NCBI GenBank assembly: GCA_023266235.1
Contig: JAHFRL010000010.1
Coordinates: forward strand, 5,555-69,554
Origin: Betaproteobacteria bacterium
Lineage (GTDB): Bacteria; Pseudomonadota; Gammaproteobacteria; Burkholderiales; SG8-41
DNA length: 64,000 nucleotides
Reading direction: 5' to 3'
Shown in pieces: positions 9,495 to 18,254 of the stretch. How positions within the stretch are numbered: the first letter of the stretch is position 1; every line of letters starts with the position of its first letter. The position numbers were made by a program, and so were the translations under genes. The notes below the pieces were generated by a model. It searched no databases and was not told where the DNA came from. It saw nothing but the letters and a program-made list of their open reading frames with translations.

Positions 9495-10172
9495 CTATTT
9501 TTTGCGTTTCGGTTCGGCCAGCCCCGCCTTGGTACAGTAATCGCTGTAGAGCTTGGCCACGACTTCATCGGCCTGCTCGTTGATGAGCCGCGCGGCGGCC
9601 GAGCGGATATCGCTGCCCGCGAAAGAGCCGCCTTGCGCGGTCGCGTCCGAAATCATGCGGCCGCCGGCGTCGGCCAGCGAGAAGCCGAGGTTGACCGTGA
9701 CTTCGTTGACCCGGATCACCAGGTTGACGCTCGCCTGCGAGGTAATCAGCCCGCGCAGCACGAAGCTCGCGCCGAGGCGCCTGGAGGCTGACAGCGCGGC
9801 GTCCGGGTTACCCTTGAAATAGGCATCGATCTCGGCCTGCGCGATCTGTTTCTTGATTTCCCCGGGGGTGTAGGTCTTGAGGCCGAGCGCGCGCAGCCGC
9901 TGGTTGATGGCCTGGAAATGCGGCCCGTAGTTTTCCTGCTGCGCGAGGATTCCGCCGCCCGCCTGCTGCTCGCCGATGATCAGCATGATTTTCCGGTCCT
10001 TGAGCTGATCGCGGCATGGCGTCGACAGACGTTCGGCGATTGCCTGCTGGCGGGCTTGCTCTTTGGCCTTGGCGGCCCCGTCCTCCTGCGAGAACTTGAA
10101 GCCCTGCGCGAAGCCGGCAGCCGCGAAACACACCGCGACCAGGCCGACGCTGAGTTGAATTCCGGTTTTCAT
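9495..10172 (-). CDS. Secreted protein of unknown function, possibly CsgG/LpoB-like fold
   Basis: Signal peptide MKTGIQLSVGLVAVCFAAAGFAQG (start moved to ATG 10172). KIMLIIGEQ...INQRLRALGLKTY...FVLRGLITSQ...VTVNLGFSLADAGGRMI resembles the module pattern of the neighbouring proteins. Confidence 0.6.
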   Translation of the reverse strand: MKTGIQLSVGLVAVCFAAAGFAQGFKFSQEDGAAKAKEQARQQAIAERLSTPCRDQLKDRKIMLIIGEQQAGGGILAQQENYGPHFQAINQRLRALGLKTYTPGEIKKQIAQAEIDAYFKGNPDAALSASRRLGASFVLRGLITSQASVNLVIRVNEVTVNLGFSLADAGGRMISDATAQGGSFAGSDIRSAAARLINEQADEVVAKLYSDYCTKAGLAEPKRKK

Positions 10173-10434
10173 CGGTTGGGTGACGAGTTGACGGGGAACC
10201 TTATGCCCGTGGCACCGGGGAAAGACCAGTTTAAGCAAATGGGGATGATAAATCCAGACTGCCCGCCCCCGTGCGTATTACATCACATAAGCGGCCGTGG
10301 GGTGGTCTCAGGCCCGCAAATGATGGTTTTTGCCGTGCACCCGCCGCGAACGGGCGGCGACGTGCGGCAACAGCAATACGCAGGCCGGCGCGCGCTACTC
10401 GACTTTAACGCCTTTCCAGACCGCGCGCGGCATG

Positions 10435-11280
10435 TCACAGCCCAAGTCTTTGCCAGATCGTCGTCGTCAAGCCGGCCTGGTTCAGCGTGTAAAAATGCAG
10501 TCCCGGCGCGCCATGGCGCAGCAGGTCGTCGCACAGCGCGGTGACGACGTCGAGGCCAAATGCGCGGATCGAGGCGGTGTCGTCGCCGTAGCCTTCGAGT
10601 TTCTTGCGGATCCAGCGCGGGATCTCGGCGCCGCACGCATCCGAGAAGCGCGCGAGTTGCGCGAAGCGGCCGATCGGCATGACCCCGGGCACGACCGGGA
10701 TGTCGAGCCTCATCGCCTCGCACTCGTCGACGAAGCGATAGTAAGCGTCGGGGTTGTAGAAGTACTGCGTGATCGCCGAATCGGCGCCGGCTTCGATCTT
10801 GCGCTTGAAGTTGAGCAGATCGTCCTGCGCGCTTTTGGCCTGCGGATGGAACTCGGGATACGCCGCGACTTCGATCAAAAACTGAGCGCCGAATTCCTTG
10901 CGTATGAATGCCACGAGCTCGTTCGCGTACCGGAACTCGCCGGCTGCCGCGAGCCCGGAAGGCAGATCGCCGCGCAAGGCCACGATATGCTTGATCCCAT
11001 GGTCTTTGTAGCGCTGCAACCACTCGCGGATGCTTTCCCGGGTCGAGGCGACGCATGAGATGTGCGGCGCCGCGGCGTGACCCATGGCGCGGATGTCGAG
11101 CACGGTGCTGAGCGTGCGTTCGCGCGTCGAGCCGCCCGCGCCATACGTCACCGAAAAAAACTTCGGTTTGAGCTGCGCGAGCTGTTTGGTGGTAGCGCGA
11201 AGCTTCTCCTGTCCCTCCGGCGTATTGGGCGGGAAGTACTCGAAACTGAACGTGCGCGGAAATTTCTTTTGCGATTGCAT
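10435..11280 (-). CDS. metF: 5,10-methylenetetrahydrofolate reductase
   Basis: FSFEYFPPNTPEG, SVTYGAGGSTRERT, full-length MetF pattern. It lies downstream of ahcY. Confidence 0.9.
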   Translation of the reverse strand: MQSQKKFPRTFSFEYFPPNTPEGQEKLRATTKQLAQLKPKFFSVTYGAGGSTRERTLSTVLDIRAMGHAAAPHISCVASTRESIREWLQRYKDHGIKHIVALRGDLPSGLAAAGEFRYANELVAFIRKEFGAQFLIEVAAYPEFHPQAKSAQDDLLNFKRKIEAGADSAITQYFYNPDAYYRFVDECEAMRLDIPVVPGVMPIGRFAQLARFSDACGAEIPRWIRKKLEGYGDDTASIRAFGLDVVTALCDDLLRHGAPGLHFYTLNQAGLTTTIWQRLGL

Positions 11281-11320
11281 TTTAGTGTGAGAGCGGACGC
11301 AGCGAGCAATTCCCGATTTT

Positions 11321-11351
11321 ACCCTTCACCCTTCACCCTTCACCCTTCACC
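11321..11351 (-). repeat. Tandem heptamer repeat, 4 x GTGAAGG on the minus strand, starting 4 nt after the ahcY stop
   Basis: The plus strand reads acccttcacccttcacccttcacccttcacc. Single arm; no complementary arm seen before the metF start. Confidence 0.9.
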
Positions 11352-11354
11352 GCA

Positions 11355-12782
11355 TCAATACCGGTAGTGCTCGGACTTGTACGGGCCGTCAACCGGCACG
11401 TTCAGGTAATCGCACTGCCTTTCGTTCAGCACTGTCAGTTCGACGCCAAGCTTCTTGAGGTGCAGGCGCGCGACTTTTTCGTCGAGCTGCTTGGGCAGCA
11501 CGTAGACCTTGTTCCCGTATTGGCCGCTCTTGGTGTAAAGCTCGATCTGCGCGAGGGTCTGGTTGGTGAACGAGCTCGACATCACGAACGACGGGTGCCC
11601 GGTGCCGCAGCCGAGGTTCACCAGGCGACCTTCGGCGAGCACGATCAGCCGCTTGCCGTCCGGAAACACCACGTGGTCGACCTGCGGCTTGATGTTTTCC
11701 CACCGGTAAGCTTTAAGCGCGGCGATCTCGATTTCGGAGTCGAAGTGGCCGATGTTGCACACGATCGCATTGTGCTTCATGCGCTTCATGTGCGCGTGGT
11801 TGATCACGCCCACGTTGCCGGTCGCGGTCACGAAAATGTCGGCCTTGTCGGCCGCGTAATCCATGGTCACCACGCGGAAACCTTCCATCGCCGCCTGCAA
11901 TGCGCAGATCGGGTCGATCTCGGTCACCCACACCTGCGCGGAAAGCGCGCGCAGGGCCTCGGCGCTGCCCTTGCCGACATCGCCATAGCCGCACACGAGC
12001 GCTACCTTGCCCGCCACCATCACGTCAGTCGCGCGCTTGATCGCATCGACCAGCGACTCGCGGCAACCGTAGAGGTTGTCGAACTTGGACTTGGTCACGG
12101 AATCATTGACATTGATCGCCGGGAACGGCAGGCGCCCCTCTTTTTCCATCTGGTACAAGCGGTGCACGCCGGTCGTGGTTTCCTCGGTGACGCCCTTGAT
12201 GTTGGCCTGGATTCTCGAGTAGAAGCCGGGTTTTTCCTTGAGTCGCTTCTTGATCGCGGCGAACAGCACGCGCTCTTCCTCGTTGCTGCCCGCGGGCGGG
12301 ACCGTGGCGTCTTTCTCATGCTTCGCGCCCAGCGTGACGAGCAGCGTGGCATCGCCGCCATCGTCGAGGATCATGTTGGGCGTGCCGCCCTCATTTTCGT
12401 TACCGGGCCATTCGAGGATCTTGTGGGTGTATTCCCAGTAATCCACGAGCGTTTCGCCCTTGTAGGCGAATACCGGGATGCCGCGCGCCGCGATCGCCGC
12501 CGCGGCGTGATCCTGCGTCGAGAATATATTGCACGACGCCCAGCGAATGTCGGCGCCGAGTTCGGCCAGCGTCTCGATCAGCACTGCGGTCTGGATCGTC
12601 ATGTGCAGTGATCCGGCGATGCGCGCTCCTTGCAGCGGCTGCCTGCCTTTGAATTCCTCGCGCAGCGCCATCAGGCCGGGCATTTCGGTCTCGGCAATGG
12701 CGATTTCCTTGCGGCCGAAGTCGGCCTGCCTGATGTCCGCGACCTTGTAGTCGGCGGATTTTGCTTGAGTTGCGGCGTTCAT
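11355..12782 (-). CDS. ahcY: Adenosylhomocysteinase
   Basis: [37 protein letters not shown] (NAD site), C-terminal YKSEHYRY. Start moved to ATG 12782, preceded by AAAGGAGG. Confidence 0.95.
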   Translation of the reverse strand: MNAATQAKSADYKVADIRQADFGRKEIAIAETEMPGLMALREEFKGRQPLQGARIAGSLHMTIQTAVLIETLAELGADIRWASCNIFSTQDHAAAAIAARGIPVFAYKGETLVDYWEYTHKILEWPGNENEGGTPNMILDDGGDATLLVTLGAKHEKDATVPPAGSNEEERVLFAAIKKRLKEKPGFYSRIQANIKGVTEETTTGVHRLYQMEKEGRLPFPAINVNDSVTKSKFDNLYGCRESLVDAIKRATDVMVAGKVALVCGYGDVGKGSAEALRALSAQVWVTEIDPICALQAAMEGFRVVTMDYAADKADIFVTATGNVGVINHAHMKRMKHNAIVCNIGHFDSEIEIAALKAYRWENIKPQVDHVVFPDGKRLIVLAEGRLVNLGCGTGHPSFVMSSSFTNQTLAQIELYTKSGQYGNKVYVLPKQLDEKVARLHLKKLGVELTVLNERQCDYLNVPVDGPYKSEHYRY

Positions 12783-12816
12783 CACGCCCTCCTTTCCCGA
12801 TAGCAGAAAAAAGTTC

Positions 12817-12894
12817 GTGAGCGCCGTTGCAAGTGTGGACACCCCGAGCCTGGCGGCCGCGCGGGAAGGCGGCCGTTGCAACGCTCCTCGGGGA
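12817..12894 (-). promoter_or_regulatory. SAH riboswitch (S-adenosylhomocysteine-responsive, RF01057 type) in the ahcY leader
   Basis: The minus strand reads CCCCGAGGAGCGUUGCAACGGCCGC..GCGGCCGCCAGGCUCGGGGUGUCCACACUUGCAACGGCGCUCAC. This carries the conserved GAGGAGCG, AGGCUCGG and CAACGGCGCUCAC blocks plus a variable hairpin, in the canonical position upstream of ahcY. Confidence 0.85.
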
Positions 12895-13076
12895 GGGGCG
12901 CTATTGTAACGCAACCGCCAATAGTTGTGGCAAACGGCTATACCACGTCACATAAACTGTTGGCTCAGGTGCCCTGTTGCTGCCCCGGCGTCCCCGAAAA
13001 TCTGCGATGATTCAATCTCGGAGGGGATTTGATGCTAGGTCACGCGCGGCAAATACATTGGCAACCAGGCTGGAAA

Positions 13077-13622
13077 CTACTTTTGTCCCAACCCTCGAAG
13101 TATCCAACGAAAAAAATTGCGAAGGCCGGTAAGAAGCTTGCGCCGCGGTAGCGGAGTTCCTGGCTTAATGCACCAGCCAGCTTCTGTCGCAAGCTTTGCG
13201 AGAGATTCTTTAAACCGCTTGAACGCACTAGCGCCTGTAAGCGGGGGTTGAGTAATTATTAGTGCGTGAGCCAAGTTCGCCTTGATGGCAAGAGAAATGT
13301 CGCCATTGACAGGATCTGGCATAACGTCAACCACATGTGACGAGGGGGCGGCAGAGTTATTCTGTTGGACAATTGGTCCAACAGCGCGAATCTTGGCTGC
13401 GTTCAGCTCGACAATTCCATCCGTCGTGGTAATCCGCGAGCGATGCGGATCAAAATTCTGCAGTTTCGCTCGATCCACTGACGGCTGCCTGCTGCGATCA
13501 TTGAATGCGGTACTTGAAAATCTAAACTGCCCTCCCTCGGTCGAATACAACGGGGAAGCTAAGTTGGGGATACGACGATAGAGTTGCTCATCGTCCTGCA
13601 CTCGATCCTGCCCATCGGTCAT
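13077..13622 (-). CDS. Hypothetical protein (181 aa), last gene of the low-GC operon
   Basis: ATGA overlap with the upstream gene. No family recognised. Notable segments are DEQLYRRIP, FRFSSTAFNDRSRQPSVDRAKL and NLAHALII. Confidence 0.6.
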   Translation of the reverse strand: MTDGQDRVQDDEQLYRRIPNLASPLYSTEGGQFRFSSTAFNDRSRQPSVDRAKLQNFDPHRSRITTTDGIVELNAAKIRAVGPIVQQNNSAAPSSHVVDVMPDPVNGDISLAIKANLAHALIITQPPLTGASAFKRFKESLAKLATEAGWCIKPGTPLPRRKLLTGLRNFFRWILRGLGQK

Positions 13623-14116
13623 GCAAAAAGCCAGCCCCAGAGCGGCGTTATCCCATTACTTGGGATTACCCCGTCTTCCATTTCGCTCACGATATGAGGC
13701 CCCCAACTCTTGAGGTAGGTCAGCTCGTGCGGTCCAGCATATATGGTGAGCTTGCGGTTCCCATGCCACCATTCGAAGACAATCTCACCGTCCTCGCTTG
13801 AACTAATGTGAGGAGCTTGCCAACCTCCGGCCGCCTCGCATTGCAGGTAAGCTTCTTCAAGAAACTGTCGCGCGTTCTCGATTGCCAACGTGTCTGGGTG
13901 AACGCTACCGTAGCCATCCCAGTCATCCGGCAACAACGCAATCTGATCGAGTTGGTCGTGCAACGGGAATAACATTGGTTCCTTGGCGGCCCTACTCAAG
14001 TCACCAGATATAGCGGCGCTCGGAGGGGCAAAATGACGTACTTTGACAGTAGGTCGTGATCCGAACGACGGCCGTAAATAATCGCGCCAGCCAATTTCAG
14101 CAGCTATGGTACTCAT
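13619..14116 (-). CDS. Hypothetical protein (165 aa), third gene of the low-GC operon
   Basis: ATGA overlaps on both sides. Contains LLPDDWDGYGSVHPDTLAIENARQFLEEA. No family recognised. Confidence 0.6.
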   Translation of the reverse strand: MSTIAAEIGWRDYLRPSFGSRPTVKVRHFAPPSAAISGDLSRAAKEPMLFPLHDQLDQIALLPDDWDGYGSVHPDTLAIENARQFLEEAYLQCEAAGGWQAPHISSSEDGEIVFEWWHGNRKLTIYAGPHELTYLKSWGPHIVSEMEDGVIPSNGITPLWGWLFA

Positions 14117-14868
14117 TGATCAATCAGCTCCCTTGTACGGTCGGTGATGCAAGCTTCGAAGATCTCATTCTTGCGATCCCGCAGTTTATCAAGAAATGCC
14201 CAAACTTCCGAATCTTGCCAAGTTTCAATACCGAGACGAAAAATGTCAATGTCAAAAATTATCGATATATGCCCAGGCTTCGCCGGTTCAACCAAGGCTT
14301 GGTTGAGTACAGCGACGCATTCAATATCCGGTTGTGGCATCTGAAGGTTCATTGCCATCCCCATTACATCTTGCTGTGGGAGTTGTTCCGGAATCTTTGG
14401 GTAAAGCGTGAAATAATCGTAAGGCTCTATCTTGGCCCCAGGTATATTTACGCGATTGATATAGCGTAGCGCGCATCGCGCTAATTTTACATCGCGGACA
14501 GAGGATCGATATCTCTCCCATAACGGTTGTGCTTCAGCTCGGAAAGTGGCCCAATCTGTATATGGGGCCATGTGGCTGTATGCAAAGCCGTCCCGCCTAA
14601 CTTGAAGGATGCGTGAATCGTCAACCTTAGATAGTCGATAACCGATGACACCTTGCGAGGACGTAAAGACCGCGTCTTCAGCTTGGTTCTGTGCTGCCAC
14701 ACCCATTTGCAACAGCCGCATGGGCGCCTGCTTCGGGAACTCCGGTTTGAAAGATTCTGCTAGCTTTTCAACCGCTGTCTTCCCAAATGATTCAGGCGGC
14801 TGTATTCGAATCTCGATTACCGCTTCGGTAATCGGCGCGCTCTTGTATCGCTTCGGGTTCGACGTCAC
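14113..14868 (-). CDS. TIGR04255-like family protein (function unknown)
   Basis: The N-terminus RYKSAPITEAVIEIRIQPPESF...FKPEFPKQ and the ~250-aa length match my recollection of TIGR04255 family proteins. The assignment needs an HMM check. Confidence 0.6.
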   Translation of the reverse strand: MTSNPKRYKSAPITEAVIEIRIQPPESFGKTAVEKLAESFKPEFPKQAPMRLLQMGVAAQNQAEDAVFTSSQGVIGYRLSKVDDSRILQVRRDGFAYSHMAPYTDWATFRAEAQPLWERYRSSVRDVKLARCALRYINRVNIPGAKIEPYDYFTLYPKIPEQLPQQDVMGMAMNLQMPQPDIECVAVLNQALVEPAKPGHISIIFDIDIFRLGIETWQDSEVWAFLDKLRDRKNEIFEACITDRTRELIDQ

Positions 14869-14874
14869 GACCTG

Positions 14875-15414
14875 TTAATTTGCAAATTGACGCCGGTAGG
14901 CAAGAACCTGCTTGGCGTTGCGCAGCGTCTTGGCAATCGCTTTGACGTCGATAAGATCGTTTTCGTCGGCGGACTTCCACGCCGCGTCGTGGCTCTTATC
15001 CGTCAGGCGCTTGAAACTGAGCTTGCCGTTTTCCTTGATCGATGAGTCGAGGCATTCGCGCTGAGATGCGCTGAGCAGATCGAGGTTTGCCGGGCGTAAC
15101 GGTCGCACGCGGCGACCTTCTTCGACGCTCAAAGACTGCGCAACCAACTCGTAGAACTGCGAAGGAATGAGCGGTTCGAGGCGACCGGCGCCGGCCTTCA
15201 TGAGATTGTAAATCGCGCTTGGCACGGGCCCGTGCCGCATGGCCACGTAGTTGTCCCCCGACAACAGGCTGCCATATCGCGATAGATGTTCGCGGTCGGC
15301 GAAGTATAGCACTTTGGATACGGAGTGCAGCGTCGGGTAGCGCAATCGGCTGGCGACGTACAGCACCAGTTCCAACGCGCGTTCAGGGTCGAAGCGGATC
15401 GGGGTGACTGTCAT
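14875..15414 (-). CDS. Panacea (DUF4065, SocA/PanA-type) domain protein, putative antitoxin
   Basis: SKVLYFADREHLSRYGSLLSGDNYVAMRHGPVPSAIYNLMK and SASQRECLDSSIKENGKLSFKRLTDKSHDAAWKSA match the DUF4065 pattern. ATG 15414 is preferred over the track's TTG at 15429. Confidence 0.7.
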   Translation of the reverse strand: MTVTPIRFDPERALELVLYVASRLRYPTLHSVSKVLYFADREHLSRYGSLLSGDNYVAMRHGPVPSAIYNLMKAGAGRLEPLIPSQFYELVAQSLSVEEGRRVRPLRPANLDLLSASQRECLDSSIKENGKLSFKRLTDKSHDAAWKSADENDLIDVKAIAKTLRNAKQVLAYRRQFAN

Positions 15415-15434
15415 GGAGAAGCACCGCAAGACGA

Positions 15435-15463
15435 ATTGTAGAAGCTATTTGCGGATCACTCAA
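15435..15463 (-). promoter_or_regulatory. Sigma70-like promoter for the low-GC operon
   Basis: The minus strand reads TTGAGT-N17-TACAAT. The -10 element ends about 20 nt upstream of ATG 15414. Confidence 0.45.
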
Positions 15464-15488
15464 GAACCGGTGTTTGACTGTCGGTTTT

Positions 15489-16655
15489 TCACTTAATTCC
15501 CGCGTCGGCCTTCAGCGCCGCCGCCTTGTCGGTCGCTTCCCAGGTGAACTCCGGTTCGTCGCGCCCGAAGTGGCCGTAGGCCGCGGTCTTGAGGTAAATC
15601 GGACGCAGCAGGTCGAGCGCATTGATGATGCCTTTGGGCCGCAGATCGAAATGCTTTTCGACCAGCTTGGCGATTTTTTCGTCCGCGATCCTGCCGGTGC
15701 CGAAGGTGTCGACCAACACGCTCACCGGGCGCGCGACGCCGATCGCATAAGCGACCTGCACTTCGCATTTTTTCGCGAGGCCCGCCGCCACGATGTTCTT
15801 CGCGACATGGCGCGCCGCATAGGCGCCCGAGCGGTCGACTTTCGACGGGTCTTTGCCCGAGAACGCGCCGCCGCCGTGGCGCGAATAGCCGCCGTAGGTG
15901 TCGACGATGATCTTGCGCCCGGTGAGCCCCGTGTCGCCCATCGGACCACCGATCACGAAGCGCCCGGTCGGGTTGATCAGGTACTTGGTGTCGGCCCTGA
16001 GCATATTTTTCGGGAACACCGGCTTCACGATTTGCTCTATAACCGCTTCCTCGATCTGCTCGTGAGTGATGTCCGGATCGTGCTGGGTCGAGATCACGAC
16101 GGTCTCGACCTGGGTCGGCTCGCCGTCGACGTAGCGCACGGTGAGCTGCGACTTGGCGTCGGGCCTGAGCCACGGCAGGCGGCCGTCCTTGCGCAGCTCG
16201 GCATGGCGCTCCATCAGGCGGTGCGCGTAGTAAATCGGCACCGGCATCAACTGTGGCGTCTCATCGCACGCAAAGCCGTACATCAGGCCCTGGTCGCCGG
16301 CGCCCTGTTCGAGGTCGAGGCCTGTGCCTTCGTCGACGCCCAGCGCAATATCGGGCGACTGCCGGTCATACGTAGTGAGCACCGCGCAAGTGCGGTAATC
16401 GAAGCCGATTTCCGAGCTGTCATAGCCGATGCGCTTGATCACGCCGCGCGCGATTTCGCCGTAATTGACGTTGGCTTTGGTGGTGATCTGGCCGGCCATT
16501 ACCACCAGCCCGGTTGCGACCAGCGTCTCGGCGGCTACACGGCCGTGTTTGTCCTGGGCTAAGATAGCGTCAAGGACCGCGTCCGAAATCTGGTCTGCGA
16601 TCTTGTCGGGGTGTCCTTCGGAAACGGATTCGGAAGTGAACAGAAAATCGCTCAT
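15489..16655 (-). CDS. metK: S-adenosylmethionine synthetase
   Basis: [52 protein letters not shown]. Start moved to ATG 16655. Confidence 0.95.
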   Translation of the reverse strand: MSDFLFTSESVSEGHPDKIADQISDAVLDAILAQDKHGRVAAETLVATGLVVMAGQITTKANVNYGEIARGVIKRIGYDSSEIGFDYRTCAVLTTYDRQSPDIALGVDEGTGLDLEQGAGDQGLMYGFACDETPQLMPVPIYYAHRLMERHAELRKDGRLPWLRPDAKSQLTVRYVDGEPTQVETVVISTQHDPDITHEQIEEAVIEQIVKPVFPKNMLRADTKYLINPTGRFVIGGPMGDTGLTGRKIIVDTYGGYSRHGGGAFSGKDPSKVDRSGAYAARHVAKNIVAAGLAKKCEVQVAYAIGVARPVSVLVDTFGTGRIADEKIAKLVEKHFDLRPKGIINALDLLRPIYLKTAAYGHFGRDEPEFTWEATDKAAALKADAGIK

Positions 16656-16704
16656 TGTTGTGTACGATCGGCAAAAGCGGCCGGCAAAAGTGACAAAGCG
16701 CGAA

Positions 16705-16733
16705 ATTATAGCAAATAACGCCCGAATTCTAAA
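16705..16733 (-). promoter_or_regulatory. Sigma70-like promoter upstream of metK
   Basis: The minus strand reads TTTAGA-N17-TATAAT, about 45 nt upstream of the metK ATG. Confidence 0.45.
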
Positions 16734-16819
16734 ACGGTTTTCAGAGTGAGGGCGCTGTTGCGAGCGCTCGCTTTGCGGTCGCGGCAGGGGGCTCAAGCGA
16801 TGGACGCAACGGTGGCTCA

Positions 16820-17710
16820 ATGCGGCGCGCGCGGTTACGCCTGATGCGCGTCGGGCTCGCCATCATCTGGGCGCTGCATTTTTTGCCGCTCGCGTTGTTG
16901 GCGCGAGTCGGCGCGGCACTCGGCACGCTGCTGTACGCGCTGGCGCGCGCGCGGCGCCGTGTCGTGCTGGCCAATCTCAGGCTGTGCTTTCCGGAGTTGA
17001 GCGACGAAGCACGCCGGCAGCTTGCACGGAAGCACTTCCGGGCTTTCGGCCGCAGCCTGCTCGAGCACGGCATCCTGTGGTGGGGCTCGAAAGAGCGGGT
17101 GCATGCGCTGGTGCAGGTCGAAGGGCTCGAACATTGGCGCGCCTGCGCAGACCGGCCCGTGATATTGCTGGCGCCGCATTTCATTGGCCTCGACATGGGC
17201 GGCATTCGGCTCGCCGCGGACTACCGCCTGAATTCGGTCTACAGCCGGCAGAAAAGCGCCGCGGCCGATGCGATCCTGATCCACGGCCGCACGCGCTTCG
17301 GACAGACTACGCTGTTCGCGCGCCAGGACGGCATCCGGCCGATGATCAAATCGCTCAAAAACGGCGAGCCGTTTTATTACCTGCCCGACATGGATCTCGG
17401 CGCGCGCGACTCGGTGTTCGCGCCGTTTTTCGGCGTGCCGGCGGCGACCATCACCGGCTTGTCGCGCATCGCCGAGCTGGCGGGTGCGGTCGTGGTGCCG
17501 TGCATCACGCGCCAGCTGCCGGGCAGCGCCGGCTACGTGGTGCGGCTGTATCCGGCGTGGACTGATTTTCCGAGCGGTGACCCTGGCGCCGACGCCCGGC
17601 ACATGAACGCCTTCATCGAAGAGCGCGTGCGCGAGATGCCTGAGCAGTATTACTGGCTGCACAAGCGCTTCAAGACGCGGCCGGCGGGAGAGCCAAGCCC
17701 CTATGCGTGA
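16820..17710 (+). CDS. lpxL: Lipid A biosynthesis (Kdo2-lipid IVA) lauroyl/acyl transferase, LpxL/HtrB family
   Basis: HX4D motif in [31 protein letters not shown]. Length is typical. Confidence 0.7.
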   Translation: MRRARLRLMRVGLAIIWALHFLPLALLARVGAALGTLLYALARARRRVVLANLRLCFPELSDEARRQLARKHFRAFGRSLLEHGILWWGSKERVHALVQVEGLEHWRACADRPVILLAPHFIGLDMGGIRLAADYRLNSVYSRQKSAAADAILIHGRTRFGQTTLFARQDGIRPMIKSLKNGEPFYYLPDMDLGARDSVFAPFFGVPAATITGLSRIAELAGAVVVPCITRQLPGSAGYVVRLYPAWTDFPSGDPGADARHMNAFIEERVREMPEQYYWLHKRFKTRPAGEPSPYA

Positions 17711-17736
17711 GGCGGGAGGCGGGAGGCGGGAGGCGG
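17707..17736 (+). repeat. Tandem heptamer repeat, 4 x GGAGGCG, beginning on the lpxL TGA stop
   Basis: gtgaggcgggaggcgggaggcgggaggcgg. It contains Shine-Dalgarno-like GGAGG copies ahead of the next gene. Confidence 0.9.
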
Positions 17737-17744
17737 CAACCACG

Positions 17745-18239
17745 GTGCGGGTCGCGCCGCTGGCGGTGGCGGACATCGAGCGCCTGATCGCGCTCGCCGG
17801 CGAGATATGGCGCCGCCATTATGCAGACATCATCAGCGCGGCGCAGATAGAATACATGCTCAAGCAGCGCTATACCGCCGAGGCATTGCGCGAAGAACTG
17901 CAGCGCAAAGACTTGTGGTGGGACCAGTTGCTCGTTGACGCCAGGATGGCGGGATTCGCTTCTTACTTCCTGACTCGAAACGCGGGTGAAATGAAGCTCG
18001 ACAAACTCTACGTGCATCACGACCATCAGCGCAAGGGCTACGGCGGCATGCTGCTGGATCGGGCGCTTACCATCGCGCGCGCTTACGGCTGTGACACGCT
18101 CATGCTTGCGGTCAACAAGCACAACCGCAATGCGATCGCTGCTTACGAAAAGCATGGTTTTTGGATCGCCGAATCGGTGGTGACGGATATCGGCGGCGGT
18201 TTCGTGATGGATGACTACGTGATGATGAAGGATGTTTGA
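17745..18239 (+). CDS. GNAT family N-acetyltransferase
   Basis: HHDHQRKGYGGMLLDRAL (acetyl-CoA motif), NRNAIAAYEKHGF. GTG 17745 is preferred. The track start ATG 17703 would translate the heptamer repeat. Confidence 0.7.
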   Translation: MRVAPLAVADIERLIALAGEIWRRHYADIISAAQIEYMLKQRYTAEALREELQRKDLWWDQLLVDARMAGFASYFLTRNAGEMKLDKLYVHHDHQRKGYGGMLLDRALTIARAYGCDTLMLAVNKHNRNAIAAYEKHGFWIAESVVTDIGGGFVMDDYVMMKDV

Positions 18240-18254
18240 GAATCCCGGCAGAGA

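Noticed and set aside
10330-10370. Long imperfect hairpin after metF as a terminator
   Set aside because: TTGCCG..CGCCGC-loop-GCGGCG..CGGCAA can fold. On the transcribed (minus) strand, however, it is followed by AAAACC rather than a U-run, so it is not a supportable intrinsic terminator.
11367-12611. 414-aa plus-strand ORF (and similarly 15474-16562 plus)
   Set aside because: These are antisense to ahcY and metK respectively. Both true genes are near-perfect family matches, and the antisense frames are Arg/Val/Asp-rich with no motifs.
16656-16704. Searched the metK leader for a SAM riboswitch
   Set aside because: The ~45-nt leader after the putative promoter has neither the GCGCCGAUUU...GGCGCC motif seen at metX and metH nor any SAM-I-like four-way junction.
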